A DNA stretch of 64,000 nt from Cetorhinus maximus (taxonomy: Eukaryota): NCBI RefSeq assembly GCF_964194155.1, contig NC_135897.1, positions 59,582,001-59,646,000 on the forward strand. Direction: 5' to 3'. Shown here one piece after another: positions 47,656-60,422 of this stretch. A program made the position numbers and the translations under genes. Positions within the stretch are counted from its first letter, which is position 1. Each line of letters opens with the position of its first letter. The notes beneath the pieces are model-generated. The model was given only the letters and a program-made list of their open reading frames with translations, ran no database searches and had not been told where the DNA came from.

Positions 47656-49712
47656 TCCGAGTAACTAACAGATTGATCAGTTTGATGTCAGTGGCGAGCA
47701 AGGTTTGTTATGAACGCTGGACTTGACATGACTGGTCATTCATGTCTGCGCCGGCCAAAAAAGAGAAACTAGCCACTCATTTTAGTCCCACTTTCCAGCA
47801 CCTGGTCTGTAGCCTTGCAGGTTACAGCACTTCAGATGCAGATCCAGGTAACTCTTAAATAAGTTGAGTGTTTCAGCCTCAACCACCAACTTAGGCCGTG
47901 AATTCCAGATGCCCACCGGCCTCTGGGTGAAAAGGTTTTCCCTCATGTCCCCTCTAATTCTTCTACCAATCACCTTAAACCTATGCCCCCTGGTAATTGA
48001 CCCCTCAGCTAGGGGAAACAGGTCTTTCCTGTCTATCTTATCTAGGCCCTTCATAGTCTTGCACACCTCAATTAGGTCACCCCTCAGCCTCCTCTGTTCT
48101 AAGGAAAACAACCCCAGCCTATCCAATCTTTCCTCATAGCTGCAATTTTCAAGCCCTGGCAACATTCTTGTAAATCTCTTCTATACTCTCTCCAGAGCAA
48201 TTATGTCCTTCCTGTAATGTGGTGACCAGACTGTACATAAAATAACCAGCGTTTTATGCAGTTCCAGCATTACATTCCTGCTTATGTATTCAGTACCTCA
48301 TCCAATAAAGGAAAGCATTCCATATGCTTTCTTTACCACCTTATCGACCTGTCCTGTCACCTTCAGGGACTCGTGAACATGCACTCCAAGGTCTCTCACT
48401 TCTTCAACCCCTCTCAGTATCCGCCCATTTACTGAGTATTCCCTTGCTTTGTTTGCCTTCACAATTTTCAAGATTGAATTCCATTTGTTATTTTTCTGCC
48501 CACTCACCAAGCCATTGATATCATTCTGGAGACAACAGCTATCCTCTTCACTATCAACTACACGGCCAATTTTTGTGTCATCTGCAAATTTCACGATCAT
48601 GCCTCCCACATTTAAGTTCAAATCATTAATATATACAACAAACAGCAAGGGCCTCAACACTGAGCCCTGTGGAACCACTTTCCACTTGCAAAAAATCCAT
48701 TGACCATTATCCTTTGTTTCCTGTCACTGAGCCAATTTTGGATCTAACTCGCCACCTTCCCCTGTATCCCACGGGATCTCACTTTTCTAACCAGTCTGCC
48801 ATGTGTGACCTTGTCAAATGCCTTATTAAAATTCATGTAGACAACATCCACTGCACTACCCTCAGCAATCCTCCTTGTTCCTTCCTCAAAAAATTTGATT
48901 AAGTTAGTAAGGCATGATCTTCCCCTAACAAAATCATGCTGATTATCCCTGATCAATCCATGCCTAAGTTACAATTTATCCTGTCTCTCAAAATTGATTC
49001 CAATAGTTTACCCACTGCCAAAGTCAGACTGACTGACCTATAATTTCCTGGCCTATCCCACGCACCCTTTTTAAATAATGGTACAACGTTTGCAGACCTC
49101 CAATCCTTGGTACCTCGCCTGTGTCTAGTGGAGATTAAAAAATGATCCTCAGAGCACCTGCTATTTCCTCCCTGGCTTCCTTTAATAGCCTGGGATACAA
49201 TCCATCCGGCCCTGGTGATTTATCCACCGTTAAGGATATCAGTCCCTCCAGTACTTCCTCTCTCATTATGCTTATTGTCTCTAATATTTCACACTCCTCT
49301 TTAACTAGGAAGTCTGCATCATTGAAGGTCAGCCTGCTGCAATGTTCCAGTGAAGCCCAACGCAAACTGGAGGAACAGCACCTCATCTTCTGATTCAGCA
49401 TTTTACAGCTTTCTGGACTTAACAATGGGCAGAATTTTCCTGTTGTCGTGCGGGGGTGGGCCCCACACATCCGCACGTAAAATGACGCGTCGTGACATCG
49501 GGCGAGCGGGATAAGAGGGCTCACTGGGGTCGTGCATGTTCACAGTCAAGTATTTATTTTTCAAAGTTTTTCAAACTTGCCTGTGTGATCTGCAGTACTT
49601 CAAAACGCACACCAGCTGCTTTTTCTGGACTCTTAACCTTCAGGTCAGCACTCTGCAGTGAGGAATCTTTTCTGGGCCTGTAGGTTTCAGGAAGCCTTCC
49701 CTTAGCCTGGGA

Positions 49713-50940
49713 ATGGGAGCTGGACTGTCCACTGAAGGCAGCACCTCTGAGGAGGAAGGGAGGGCTAGAAGGGGGAGGAAGCCAGGAGTGCACATTCAGC
49801 CTCCAGGGAGCCAACTTTGGGAGGACAGGCGCAGGCACAAGGGGCGCAGGGCCAACAGGAAGTCCAAGGTGGAATGGGCCGCAGAAGACACCCCTATCCT
49901 GCTGCCAGGGTATACAGGCGGTGAAGCAGCTACCTCAATATGTCTGCGGTGCAGTGCCAAAGGAAGCTCCGTCTCTCAAGGGAGACAGTCAACTATATCT
50001 GTCAGATGATTGGGTCTGAGACCTCCCCTAAATATGTGGGTGGACATCCCATGCCAGTGGCTCTAAAGGTCACAGCTGCCCTCAACTTCTATGCCTCTGG
50101 CTCCTTCCAGGGCTCAGTGGGTGATCTTTGCAGTGTCTCCCAATCAGCTGTACACACTTGTGTCAAGCAAGTTACAAGTGCTCTGTTCAGGCATGCATTG
50201 ACCTTCATCCACTTCCACTGTGACCAGGCAAGTCAGGCACAGCGAGCCAGAGGCTTCGCGGCCATTGCTGGCTTCCCCCGTGTCCAGGGTGCAATAGACT
50301 GTACACATGTGGCCATCAAGGTGCCAGCAGGTGAGCCCAGTGCCTTCGTCAACAGGAAGGGCTTCCACTCCATGAACGTGCAGATAGTGTGTGACCACAG
50401 TTTCTGAAAGTCTGTGCAAGGTACCCAGGCAGCTCCCACGACGCCTACATCCTCAGACATTCCCGGGAGCCGGGGCTCTTCAGTGCTCCAGCCCGACTGG
50501 ATTGATGACTGCTGGGTGACAAGGGCTATCCCCTCAGAAGGTGTCTCATGAAGCCTCTCCGCCATCCTAGAACAGAAGCTGAGCAACAGTACAATAGGAG
50601 CCACGCCTCCACAAGAGCTGTGATGGGGAGAACCATCGGCCTCCTCAAGATGCACTTCCAATGCCTGGACCGGTCAGGGGGCGCATTCCAGTAGCCCCCA
50701 GATCATGTGTCGGTGATAGTGGTTGCATGATGTGCTCTACACAATCTTGCGCTGGAAAGGGGGGATGCAGTGGATGATGCAGATATTGACGCAGTGGCTG
50801 CAGCTGCACACGATGAGTCCAGCAGTGAGTCCGAGGATGAGCACACACAGGGAAATGCTGAGGGGGTAAATGCTGGCCCGGGCATACTCCAGGGAGGCAG
50901 GGACACCCGGGAGGCTTTAATCCAATGAACCTTCAGCTAG
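49713..50940 (+). pseudogene. Harbinger DDE transposase, disrupted
   Basis: MGAGLSTEGSTSEEE; LRLSRETVNYICQMI...PVALKVTAALNFYASGSFQ...[10 protein letters not shown]...[16 protein letters not shown]; HDAYIL; GDKGYPL; ends TFS-TAG at 50938-50940; frameshifts and stops. Confidence 0.95.
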
Positions 50941-51260
50941 CCCACCACAGATGGACCTCCAGGACAAGCCTTGGCTGTCGGCTCGATTCTCGACACCTAA
51001 GTGCAAAATCTGCCAGATTGGCAACAGTAACTAAGGGCCTTGTTAATAAAGCTGAATGTCCAACAAAGCACTCATTACAGTTTTGGAAACCATCCACATG
51101 CAGAAGAAAAGAGGCACCCTCAGCCATGGTGATATATCTGAATTTAATATGTCAAGTAAAGCAACTTATTACAGAAGAAAGACAATAGTGTTACAAATCA
51201 AATCATAAGAGCCTAATCTCGAGCCAACACAAAAGCACCAGTGAAAAACCCGTGATGTGC

Positions 51261-53470
51261 CTAAGGTGCCTTAAGCTTTCATTTCCGGGTGCTACATCTT
51301 GCTGCTGCCCCATCGCTCGGAGTAGCATCTGAGACAGCCTGCTGACTCTGCTGTTCTGTTGGCCTCGATAACCTTGGTGGTCATCCTCTGGCCCGTGGAC
51401 CCTGTGCTGGCCCCGCTTGGGAGGGATCTGCCAGTTCCACATCTGCCATCTCCCCAGTCGTCGCAGCCTCACCAGATGCTATGGTCACTGGGAGAGGGGT
51501 GGAGGAGCTGCCGCCCTCATCCAGAATTCCCTGAGAGGTGCCCGCAGAGACGACAGACAGCTGCTGCGCTGATGTGAAGTTGCTTCGGACCCCCCTGCTC
51601 ACCGTGGATGCCCACACCATCTCCCACACTGACACTAACCACCTGAGGTCAATGCCAATGTGAGGGTTTGCTGGTCAGAGCGCATCCCCAGGAAGCCCTG
51701 ACGGGACTCCTGGGGTAGGCTCTCCATGAGAGTCGCCACCCTCTCCATGGAGGAGGCAAGACGTTCAGACATGAGGCTCATTGCTTCGGCGAGTGTCCGC
51801 ATAGACTCCTCCACCATGGAGACCAAGCCAAGCATATCCTCATGTACCTCCCCCAGATGCTCCCGCACACCCGGCCGCATTTCCTGCACTTGCTGCGTCG
51901 CGGACGACTCCAGAGGCGCATCATCAGGCACCGACTGAGCATGTGCCTGGTCCCCTGCAGTCTTCTGAACTGCTGACGCCGTGGGCACTCTGTCTCTGCC
52001 AGCTCCTCCAGTGATTGTGAAGTGCCCTCACCGCTGTGCCCTGGGACACTAGTCATTGTTCTAATTCCCACCGAGGTGCTATTATCTGCGCTGGTGCCTG
52101 CCTCACAGAGATGGGGTGACACTGATGAGACTTCAGGGTCCTCAGGTCTGAGGGGGGCCTCTGCTGCTCCTCCTCCCAGCCCTGCTCCGCTGATGCTGAA
52201 AGGAAGAACAAGGACATTGGATCAGTTAACGTGGAGACAATGACAAAGTCAATCCCTGTCCCCCGGATCATTTTGCACTCAACCTCCCATAACCAATGGT
52301 CAAGCCGTGTTGCAAAATTAAATCAAGTAACATTCAGCAGTGCTATGGCTGTTGGGAGAACAATGCTGACCTCATTGTTGGGCATAAATACCTGGCGTGG
52401 CACCCCAGCCTCACCGACACCAGTAGACCCAGGTGCATGGCGCCTCTCCAGATCCAGGGCCTCCTGCTCGAGGCGGATGAGAATGGCGATCTGCACCTGG
52501 CCGCCGCCAGTCCTCACGCTCTGCCGGGTTATGAACATTCTTCTCCTGAAAGTGAGAGACGAGCATTGATTGGTGCAAATTGCACTTGGACTCTCTTCGC
52601 GCACGGCCCACCCCAACCAGAGTGGGTCATATCAGGGCTCCAGAGTCTCCTCACCCCCCGCTGCTGCCGAACACTCACACAGAGATGCTGGGCCAGCTCC
52701 CCACCCCCCCACCCCCACCTTGGACAGATGCTGCCAACATCACATTAGGCATCATATATCCTTCTATAGCAAGGAGGCGCAAGCACATGGAGCGCAGAGG
52801 GCAGCAGATGGTTTGTTGCCACGCCACCTTGAAGCTCCCCTCCCACCATCTCATCACCCTGACTAGGACATGTCCCGGAGCTCTAACACAGCGCCTAGGT
52901 GCAGCTCCTCCAGGTTGCCCCCAAACCAGTCATGTGGCTCTTAGTGTACCACATGCTGCGGGGGCAAAACACATCTCTTCACCACCCTCTCAGGCTGACC
53001 CCAGCATGGGCAATATCTACTTGTCCACCCAGCCAAGGACAAATGCCGTCAATGACTCAATGCAGTCACGACAATGGGACTTGGAGGGGTGGGGGGCGGG
53101 GTCAACAGTGGGTAAGCCGACCTGCTGGGTTAAATGCTCAATGCCAACATGGTACTCACCCTGCCAGGGCGCAACAAGCCGTTGAAGCGCTTGCGACACT
53201 GAACCCAGGTGCACTGCACCACGTCGCGGGAGCTCACCATCTCCGCCACCTCCTCCCAGGCACGTTTCATCATGTAGGGGAGCTTCCTCCTCCCATCCTG
53301 GGGAACCAGCATCTCCCACCAGGCTGCCACCTCCTTGAGGAGGGCATCAAGGCAATCATCGGGAAAACGAGGGCACACTGGCCCCCCCCGCCCTACCCTC
53401 TGGCTTGGCGTGTCCCACTGGCCTACCTTCTGGACTGGCCTGCTCACCAGAAGCCCTCTGCTGTGGCCTT
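51261..53470 (-). pseudogene. Harbinger Myb/SANT gene, 3 exons (~53470-53160, 52545-52392, 52195-51261)
   Basis: CPRFPDDCLDALLKEV...AWEEVAEMVSS...CTWVQCRKRFNGL; donor GTGAGT; tttcag|EKNVHN...RTGGG; donor GTATTT; basic C-terminus KLKAP-stop. The start is uncertain. Confidence 0.88.
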
Positions 53471-53925
53471 GTGAGCAGCCTAGAAAAGGCTGCCAGGCTT
53501 TCATTTAAACAGGCTGCCAGGTCACCATTGGACCCAGAGGTCTGTGCATGCCTGCCGCTGCCCGCCACTCCCACTATCCTCGGGAGTCGAGAAATACGCT
53601 GGGTGGGCCTTAATTCTTAATTGGCCTGCTTGCGTAAAATGGCGGCGTGGACCCAATCGTGGGTGGGCATGCTCCTGCTCCGCACCCACCCCACCTGCCA
53701 ACTGGAAAATTCAGACCAATGAGTTCAATAACTTCAGACCATGAACACTGTCCTCCATCTTTATCCTTTTTTTAATCCAATCTTTTTTTTTAATGTTTTT
53801 CTTTATTTCACTTTTTATTGTTGTTATTATTTATTTATTTATTTATTACCCTTTTTCCCCAACACCATCCCCTGCCCCCCAACCACCCCCCAACCCCTAC
53901 AGGGCCATTTGTCACTGGTTTCTAT

Positions 53926-54611
53926 GGGCAGAAATTTTCACTAAGCGGGTGGGCACGTGCCCGAGCCACTCGAGCATGAAATAACTCGCGCGTTGACATC
54001 GGCCGAGCGTGCCAACATCAATGCGCAATTGCACGATAGTTCAGTTGGCCGCGCGCACCAGAGCCAGCAGCACACCCGCCAACAATTAAAAGGCCTGTTA
54101 AGGCCATTAAATAATCAATTAACTTAAATTTTTCGCTGCCTGTCCAACTTAATGGTTGGCTGGCAGGCGAAAAGGCCAAGCGGCCTTTGCATATTTTTGG
54201 AACCTCATCCACAGGTGGGATGAGGTTCCCTAAAGTGAATAAAAATAATATAAAAGTTTTACAATTGAATTAATAACAGAGTCACATGAGGGGACATGTT
54301 TCATTACATTCATATTTTCTTCATTTTCTTTTTTTAACAACACTTCATCTCCCTGAGGTAGTTCTGTGCCTCAGGAAGATTATGAAGCGCTCACTCATGT
54401 GCATGCACCAAGTTCGCACTCGGCCCGCTCACCTTCCTCCCCCCACTCCCCACCCCCGCCGCACAGGCAGCGCCGCTGCCACTCGCATTTCACACTGGGC
54501 TGGCCTTAATTGGCCCGCCAGTATGAAATCACGCTCTGTGCTGATCGCGGGCGGCGATCCTTTTCCTGACCGCCCCTGCCGAGCCCGCCCATCAATGGCA
54601 AAATTCTGCCC
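53926..54611. mobile_element. Harbinger MITE (hairpin family)
   Basis: GGGCAGAAATTTT / AAAATTCTGCCC ends; flanks TAT/TGT; aacctcatcc...ggatgaggtt and atctccctgagg...cctcaggaagat hairpins. Confidence 0.9.
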
Positions 54612-55689
54612 TGTGTTGTGATTTCACAGAGCACTGACTCTTGTTCTGCTGTTAACACATTCTGCTCTTACCTTTATGCCACTCTCAGTGCATTGTTTAC
54701 TCTTTACCACAGCCGTTAACTCCCTTTGTCTTGTGTCCATGACGTCTTTGTCAATCTTTCCTTAGCTCCCATCTATCCCTGACCTTCTATCCTGCTCCAC
54801 CTGCTCCACCCTCTCTTATACAGTTTTAAATCCATCACATTTCTACTTTTCTTTAGCTCTGAAGAAGTCATATGGACTCGAAATGTTAACTCTGTTTGTT
54901 TCTCCGCAAATGCTGCCAGACCTGCTGAGTTTTTCCAGCACTTCCTATTTTTACTACTCATTGAGAACCCTGCCACACCTTCAGCATCAATGCATAAATT
55001 ACCATGTACATCTTTGATAGGCCCTACTCCTTCCTTAGTTATTCTCTTGCTCTTAATGTCTTAGTGTACTGGTAAAACATCCTTGGGTTTTTTTTTATTT
55101 TACCTGTCATTTCTTTTTCATATCCTCTCTTTGCTTTCCTAATTTCATTTTGAACTTCACCCCTGTACTTTCTATACTCCTCTAGGCTTTCTACAGTATT
55201 AAGCTTTTCGTGACTGTCATAAGATTTCTTTTTCTGCTTTATCTTACCCTGAATGCTTCTGGATAACCAGGAGGCTCTAGACTTGGCAGTACCACCCTTT
55301 TTCTTTGTGGGGGCATGTCTACACTGTGCCCATAGAATCTCACTTTTGAACACCTCCCACTGATTTGAGACAGTTTTCCATTTAGTAGCTGTATCCAGTC
55401 AACTTTCGTCAGTTCACCTCTCAGTTTTGGAAAATATGTCTTCCTCTAATTTAGAACTTTTACTCCTGTTCTATCTTTGTCCTTTTCTATAATTATGCTA
55501 AATCTGATTGTATTATGGTCACTATCTCCAAAGTGGTCCTCCACTCCTACATTATCCACTTGCCCAGCTTCGGTTCCTAAGGCTAAATCTAGAATTGTGC
55601 CCCTTCTTGTTGGTCTTGTTAGGTGCTGGCTATTAGTTGCCTGTTAATTAATGTTTGATCTGTCTTAAAATGTGAAATCTTGACTTCGG

Positions 55690-56300
55690 TTTAGCAAACC
55701 ATATGGACTTCATAAGTAGAGATATTGAGGATAAAAGAAGGGAAGTTATGCTGAACTTCTATAAAACTTTGGTTAAGCAACATTTAGAGTGTTTCATCCA
55801 ATTCTGGTCACCAGAATTTAGAAAGGATGTAAGGTTCCCTGAGAGGATGCAGAGGAGATTTACCAGAATGGTTCCAGGGATGAGGGATTGTGGATACGAG
55901 GTTAGGTTGGAGAAGCTGGGGTTGTTCTCCTTGGAGGAAAGGCGATTGAGGCAAGATTTGATAGAGGAGTAGAAGACTATGACAGATCTGGATAAGATAG
56001 ACAAAGAAAATCTCATTAGCTGATGGACAAGCACTAGGGGACACAGATTCAGGTTTTGGGCAAGGGATACAGAGGGCATGTGAAGAAAAGATTTTTACAA
56101 GTGGAAATGGCCTGGAACTTGCTGTCTATGAGGGTGGTGGAAGTAGAAACAATCAAAAGGAAATTAGATGGGCACTTGAGGAGATAAATGATGATTGAGT
56201 GAGGTAATAGGACTGTCTGAATTGCTGTACAGAGCTAGCATGGACTCAATGTGCCAACTGGCCTCCTTCTGTACCACAGTGACTCTATAATTCTATGACT
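55690..56300 (+). mobile_element. CR1 LINE 3' end
   Basis: REVMLNFYKTLVKQHLECFIQFWSP...QRRFTRMVPGM...RLEKLGLFSLEERRLRQDLIE; tggcctccttctg...attctatga tail. Confidence 0.92.
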
Positions 56301-56779
56301 CATCAGAACTGAAATTTTTACTCTGCCTCACAATGCATCCAGACATTATGTTGACAATTTCTAATTACATACTGTCTCTTAGTTTCAGAATAACCTTCAA
56401 TGAAGAAATTGAAAATACTGTACTGGCAATGCCACACATGGTATAAAGAGACTATTCTTAAATACTTATTGACCTCCTGAGGTGTTTTGCAGCAACTGGG
56501 ATCATGCAGTGTTCAGTACTGCTAGTGAATTCAAAAACAATACAAATCAAGACATATCCTGTATAATTTTTTTCCAAGATTGCTTCATCTTTGAACACAT
56601 TATGGTGAGAGGTGGACTTGCCAGTGGCTGTGTAAGTGGCCATTGCCAAGAACTTTTATGTGTCTGGCTCCTTCCTGGCTGAAGTTGGAGGTGTTTGTAA
56701 CATCTTGCAGTTTGGTCTCCACTGTTGTATATGAGAACTCTATTCATTGAGAACTGAATACATTTCATTCTCTCTTCCT

Positions 56780-57549
56780 AGAGACCAGCAGTCGATCAAG
56801 CATATGGCTTCATTAGGATTGCAGGATTTTCTCCTGGTGCAGGGTACCACTAACAGTACACACATCACTTTGTGAGTGCTGGATGACTCTGTCCTATACC
56901 AGAGCTGAAAGGGATTCCACTCCCTCAATGTCCAGCTGGTGTGTGATCATAAGGCAGAGAGTCATGCAGGTCAATACCTGGCATCGCGGCAGCAGTCATG
57001 ATATCTTGATCTGCAACAGTCCACTGTGCCTGCGGCATGTGACCCACCACAGTAAACCAAAGGGTGGCTACTGGGCAACTGGAGCTATGTGCTATGTGGA
57101 AGCCACACACTTGTGTGAGCCATGCATACAATGAAAGCCATGTTGCCACGAGAAACCTAGTGGGCAGAGCATTGTATAAAACAACACTCCCACTGAATGG
57201 ACCGCTATGGAGGAACCCTGCAACACTCGGCAAAATGGGTGTCAAACTCATAATGGTCTACTACATGCTGCACAACTTTGCCATCATAAGGGGACAACTC
57301 TTGCCACTAACTATATGGTGAACAGGTGAGGAACAGGAGCATGAGGAGGAGAGGGAAGAAGGTGAAGAGGGAAAGAGGAGGCAACCAAGACAGCTCTTTT
57401 CCAGTCAGGCTACCCATGAAGGACTCACCCTAGTATGACACCAGTAACTGCAGCCCCAATTCTCCAATCACCAACAGTCCCACAATCTTATCTTCCTTCT
57501 ATCAACGACAGCCTCTTGGCCACAATGCAAAAATAAAAACGAACACAAA
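56780..57549 (+). pseudogene. Older Harbinger transposase 3' half (O-type), target of H4
   Basis: GFIRIAGFSPVQG..; KGFHSLNVQLVCDH; GSSHD; YNESHVATRNLV; YYMLHNFAI; the 3' region matches ~27680-27845 and resumes (accaaatttataaat) after 62144. Confidence 0.82.
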
Positions 57550-57839
57550 GGGGGAATTCTCCCCATGTCAGGCAGGCCAAAAAGGAGCGGGCGCGGGCAC
57601 GGACCCGATTGCCACCTGTGATCGGGTCTGCGCTGCCATTTTATGTGGACGGGCCAATTAAAGCCCACGCAGCATATTTCTCAACTCCCGAGGATAGCGG
57701 GAGTGGGCGGGCGGCGGCGGGAGTGCACTGACCGCCGGGTTGAATGGCGACCCGGTGGCCTGTTTAAATGAAGCGCTGGCAGCCTTTGCAAGGCTGCTCA
57801 TAATAGCAGGTAGAAGGGCTCACCAGAGGGCTTCCTGTA

Positions 57840-60103
57840 AGCAGGCAAATCTGGAGGGTAGTCCAGAGGAGCAGGCCAGGCCAGAGGGTAGGGCAACAGG
57901 GTAGTGTGCCTCTCGTTTTTCGGATGAGTGTCTAGCTGCCTTCCTGGAGGAGGTGGCAGCACAGCAGGAGGTCCTGCTTCTGAGAGATGGGGTAGGGTGG
58001 GTGTGGTAGGGGGGTGGTGGGGGGTGGAGGCCTCCCCTCCTGACCAAACATGCGTGTGAGGAGGTGGCCAAGAGTGTGAGATCCCATGATGTGGTGCGAT
58101 GCACATGGCTCCAGTGCCGCAACAGACTCAACCACCTCCTGCACTCAGGAAGGGTGAGTACCGTGTTGGCTGAGATCACTTATCGCAGCTGTCAGCCTTT
58201 CCCCCCAGTGCGCCCCCACCCCCCACCACCCCCCAACCCCCAACAAAACAACTCTGAAGCAGTTACAGCATTGAATTCTTCACGGCATATTTCCCTCTCT
58301 CTAGGTGGGCCAACAGATATTGCCCATGCCTAGTTGACCCTGAGAGGGTTGAGCTGAGATGGGTTCTGCACCTGCAGCATGTGTGACACTGACACCCAGA
58401 GTATAGAATCGGGGCAACCTCCTGGATCTGCACCTAGGCAGAGTGATGGAACTGGGAAGCATGTCGAAGTCAGGGTGCTAACATGCTGGGAGGGGAGCTT
58501 CCTGGTGGCGGGGCACCAATCCATCTGCTGGTCTTTGTGTTCCACATGCTTGTGCCTCCTTACTTAGCAAGGTTACACCTTGTGGTGCCACATGTGAAGG
58601 AGGCAGCATTTGGGCAATGGGGGGGTGCAGTCAGCCCTGGCTTCTTGGTGTGAGTGTGCGGCAGCTGCGGGGTGACTAAGAACTGGAGTCCTGCAATGTC
58701 TCACTCTGGCTGGGATGGCAGGGATGTGATGGGAATCCAGGTGCAGGCTGGACTAATCAAAGCTCCTCTCTCCTTTTCAGGAGAAGACTACGCACAATTC
58801 TGCCAAGCGGATGCGGACTAGCGGAGGCCAGGCCCAGTTGGCCATCTTGACTCCATTTGAACAGCAGGCCACAGATCTGGAGATGCGCCATGCGCCCGGG
58901 TCCACCGGCGGTGATGAGACTGGGGTGCCACGGGGAGGAATGTTTGCCGAACACTGAGATCACCATGTGTGTCCCAGCAGCCATGGCACTGCTGAATGCT
59001 CAGTGATTGAAGTTTGAAACATGGGCTGACCATTGATTGTGGAAGGATGAGCGCATAATGATCCGGGGGAGCGGCATGCACATTGACACTGTCTCCACTG
59101 TAACTAATCAAATCACCTCGTTCTTCCTTTCAGCATCACTGGAGCAGGGCTGGGAGGAGGAGGCAGAGGGGCACCTCTCACACCTGAGGGCCCTGAACAT
59201 ATTGACTCACTAGCGTCACACCATCTCTGCCAGGCAGGCACCAGCGCAGATACTAGCACCTGGGTGGGAATTAGATCTTCAGCTAGTGTCCCGGGGCACA
59301 GTGGTGAGTGCATTTCATACTCATTTGAGGTGCAAGCAGAGACAGGGAGTGCCCAGGGCGCTGGCAGTCGGAGGACTGCAGGGGACCAGGTACATGCTCG
59401 GTCGATGGCTGATGATGTGCCTCTGGAGTTGCCTGTGAGGCAGCAAATGCTGGAAGTGCAGCAGGGTATGCGAGAGGATCTGGCGGAGATACATGAGGCT
59501 ATGCGTGTCATGGTGCCCATGCTAGAGGAGCCCACGCGGAGCATCACTGATGCAATGAGCCTCATGGCCGAGCGCCATGCTTCCTCCATGGAGAGAGTGG
59601 CGACTCTCGTGGAGAGGCTCCTCCAGAAGATCAATCAGGGCCTCCTGGGGATGATCTCAGACCTGCAAGCCCTCACAGCAGCATTGACCTCAGCTGGTCA
59701 GTGCCAGTGTGGGAGATGGTTTGGGCACCAAGTATCCTAGCCCGGGTCAGTCCATCTACGGTGAGCAGGGAGGTCCGAAGCGACTTCACGTCGCCGCAGC
59801 AGCTGCCTGTCGTCTCTGCAGGCTCCTCTCAAGGCACTCCAGATGAGGGCAGCAACTCCTACACCCCTCTGCTAGTGACCGTGACATCCGATGAGGCTGC
59901 GGCGACTGGGGAGATGCCAGCTGTGGAACTGGCCGCTCCCTCCCAGGATTAGGCCATCAAAGGCTCCACGCGCCAGAGGACAGCCGCCAAGGTCATTGAG
60001 ACCAACAGGACGGCACAGTGAGCAGGCTGTCTCAGATGCCAGTGCCAGCAAGGGGACAGCACCCAGACGTAGCACCTGTAAACGTAAATTTAAGGCACAT
60101 TAA
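57840..60103 (+). pseudogene. Harbinger Myb/SANT gene, 3 exons (~57840-58153, 58781-58937, 59134-60103)
   Basis: RFSDECLAAFLEEV; VVRCTWLQCRNRLNHLLHSGR|GTGAGT; ctaat...ttttcag|EKTTHNSAKRMRTSGG; second donor mutated to GA; ends RRSTCKRKFKAH-stop. Confidence 0.88.
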
Positions 60104-60422
60104 GCACACCACGGGTTTCTCAACTTTTATGTTGCCCCACTATTAGCTCATTAAGACTTGGTGTGATGAGCAACACCTTTTTGTTTGGGTTTCTGAAGTT
60201 CATTTTGTTATATCATTAAATGTTGACGTGTTGCCATGTCTCAGGATGAGTCCTTACTTCTGCAGGTGGACGGGAACCCATGATGTTATGAGTGAGTTTT
60301 TTGAAATTGAGCTTTATTGACAAGGGCCTTAGTTAATGTTCCTATCCAGGCAGATTTTGCACTCAGGTGTCAAGTATGGAGACTGCAGCCCTAGCATGTG
60401 TTGGAAGTCTATCTGTGGTGGG

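Larger units (their letters stand above)
49427..53717. mobile_element. PIF/Harbinger transposon H3, near full length, opposite orientation to H2 and H4
   Basis: TIRs GGGCAGAATTTTCC / GGAAAATTCAGACC; exact TSD AAT (49424-49426, 53718-53720). Confidence 0.95.
49325..54955 (+). mobile_element. Penelope-like element 3' part (GIY-YIG C-terminus and terminal repeat), interrupted by H3 and a MITE
   Basis: LLQCSSEAQRKLEEQHLIF-FSILQLSGLNN|EFNNFRP-stop reads across H3; ends in the hammerhead-core repeat ctgaagaagtcatatggactcgaaatgttaac at ~54858. Confidence 0.8.
47760..55635 (-). mobile_element. CR1 LINE ORF2, split by the Penelope/Harbinger nest (47760-49322 and ~54956-55635)
   Basis: VPQGSVLRPLLFVVYINDL...KFADDTK; QHDFVRGRSCLTNL; DKSPGPDGLYPRLLKE; upstream EIRKAKRGYEK...NPRMFYQY continues after 54956. 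Confidence 0.9.

Noticed and set aside
52580-53185. 201-aa ORF antisense to Myb intron 1 as a third Harbinger gene
   Set aside because: The frame is not kept at this length in H2 or H4, I recognise no domain, and GC-rich sequence gives long ORFs by chance.
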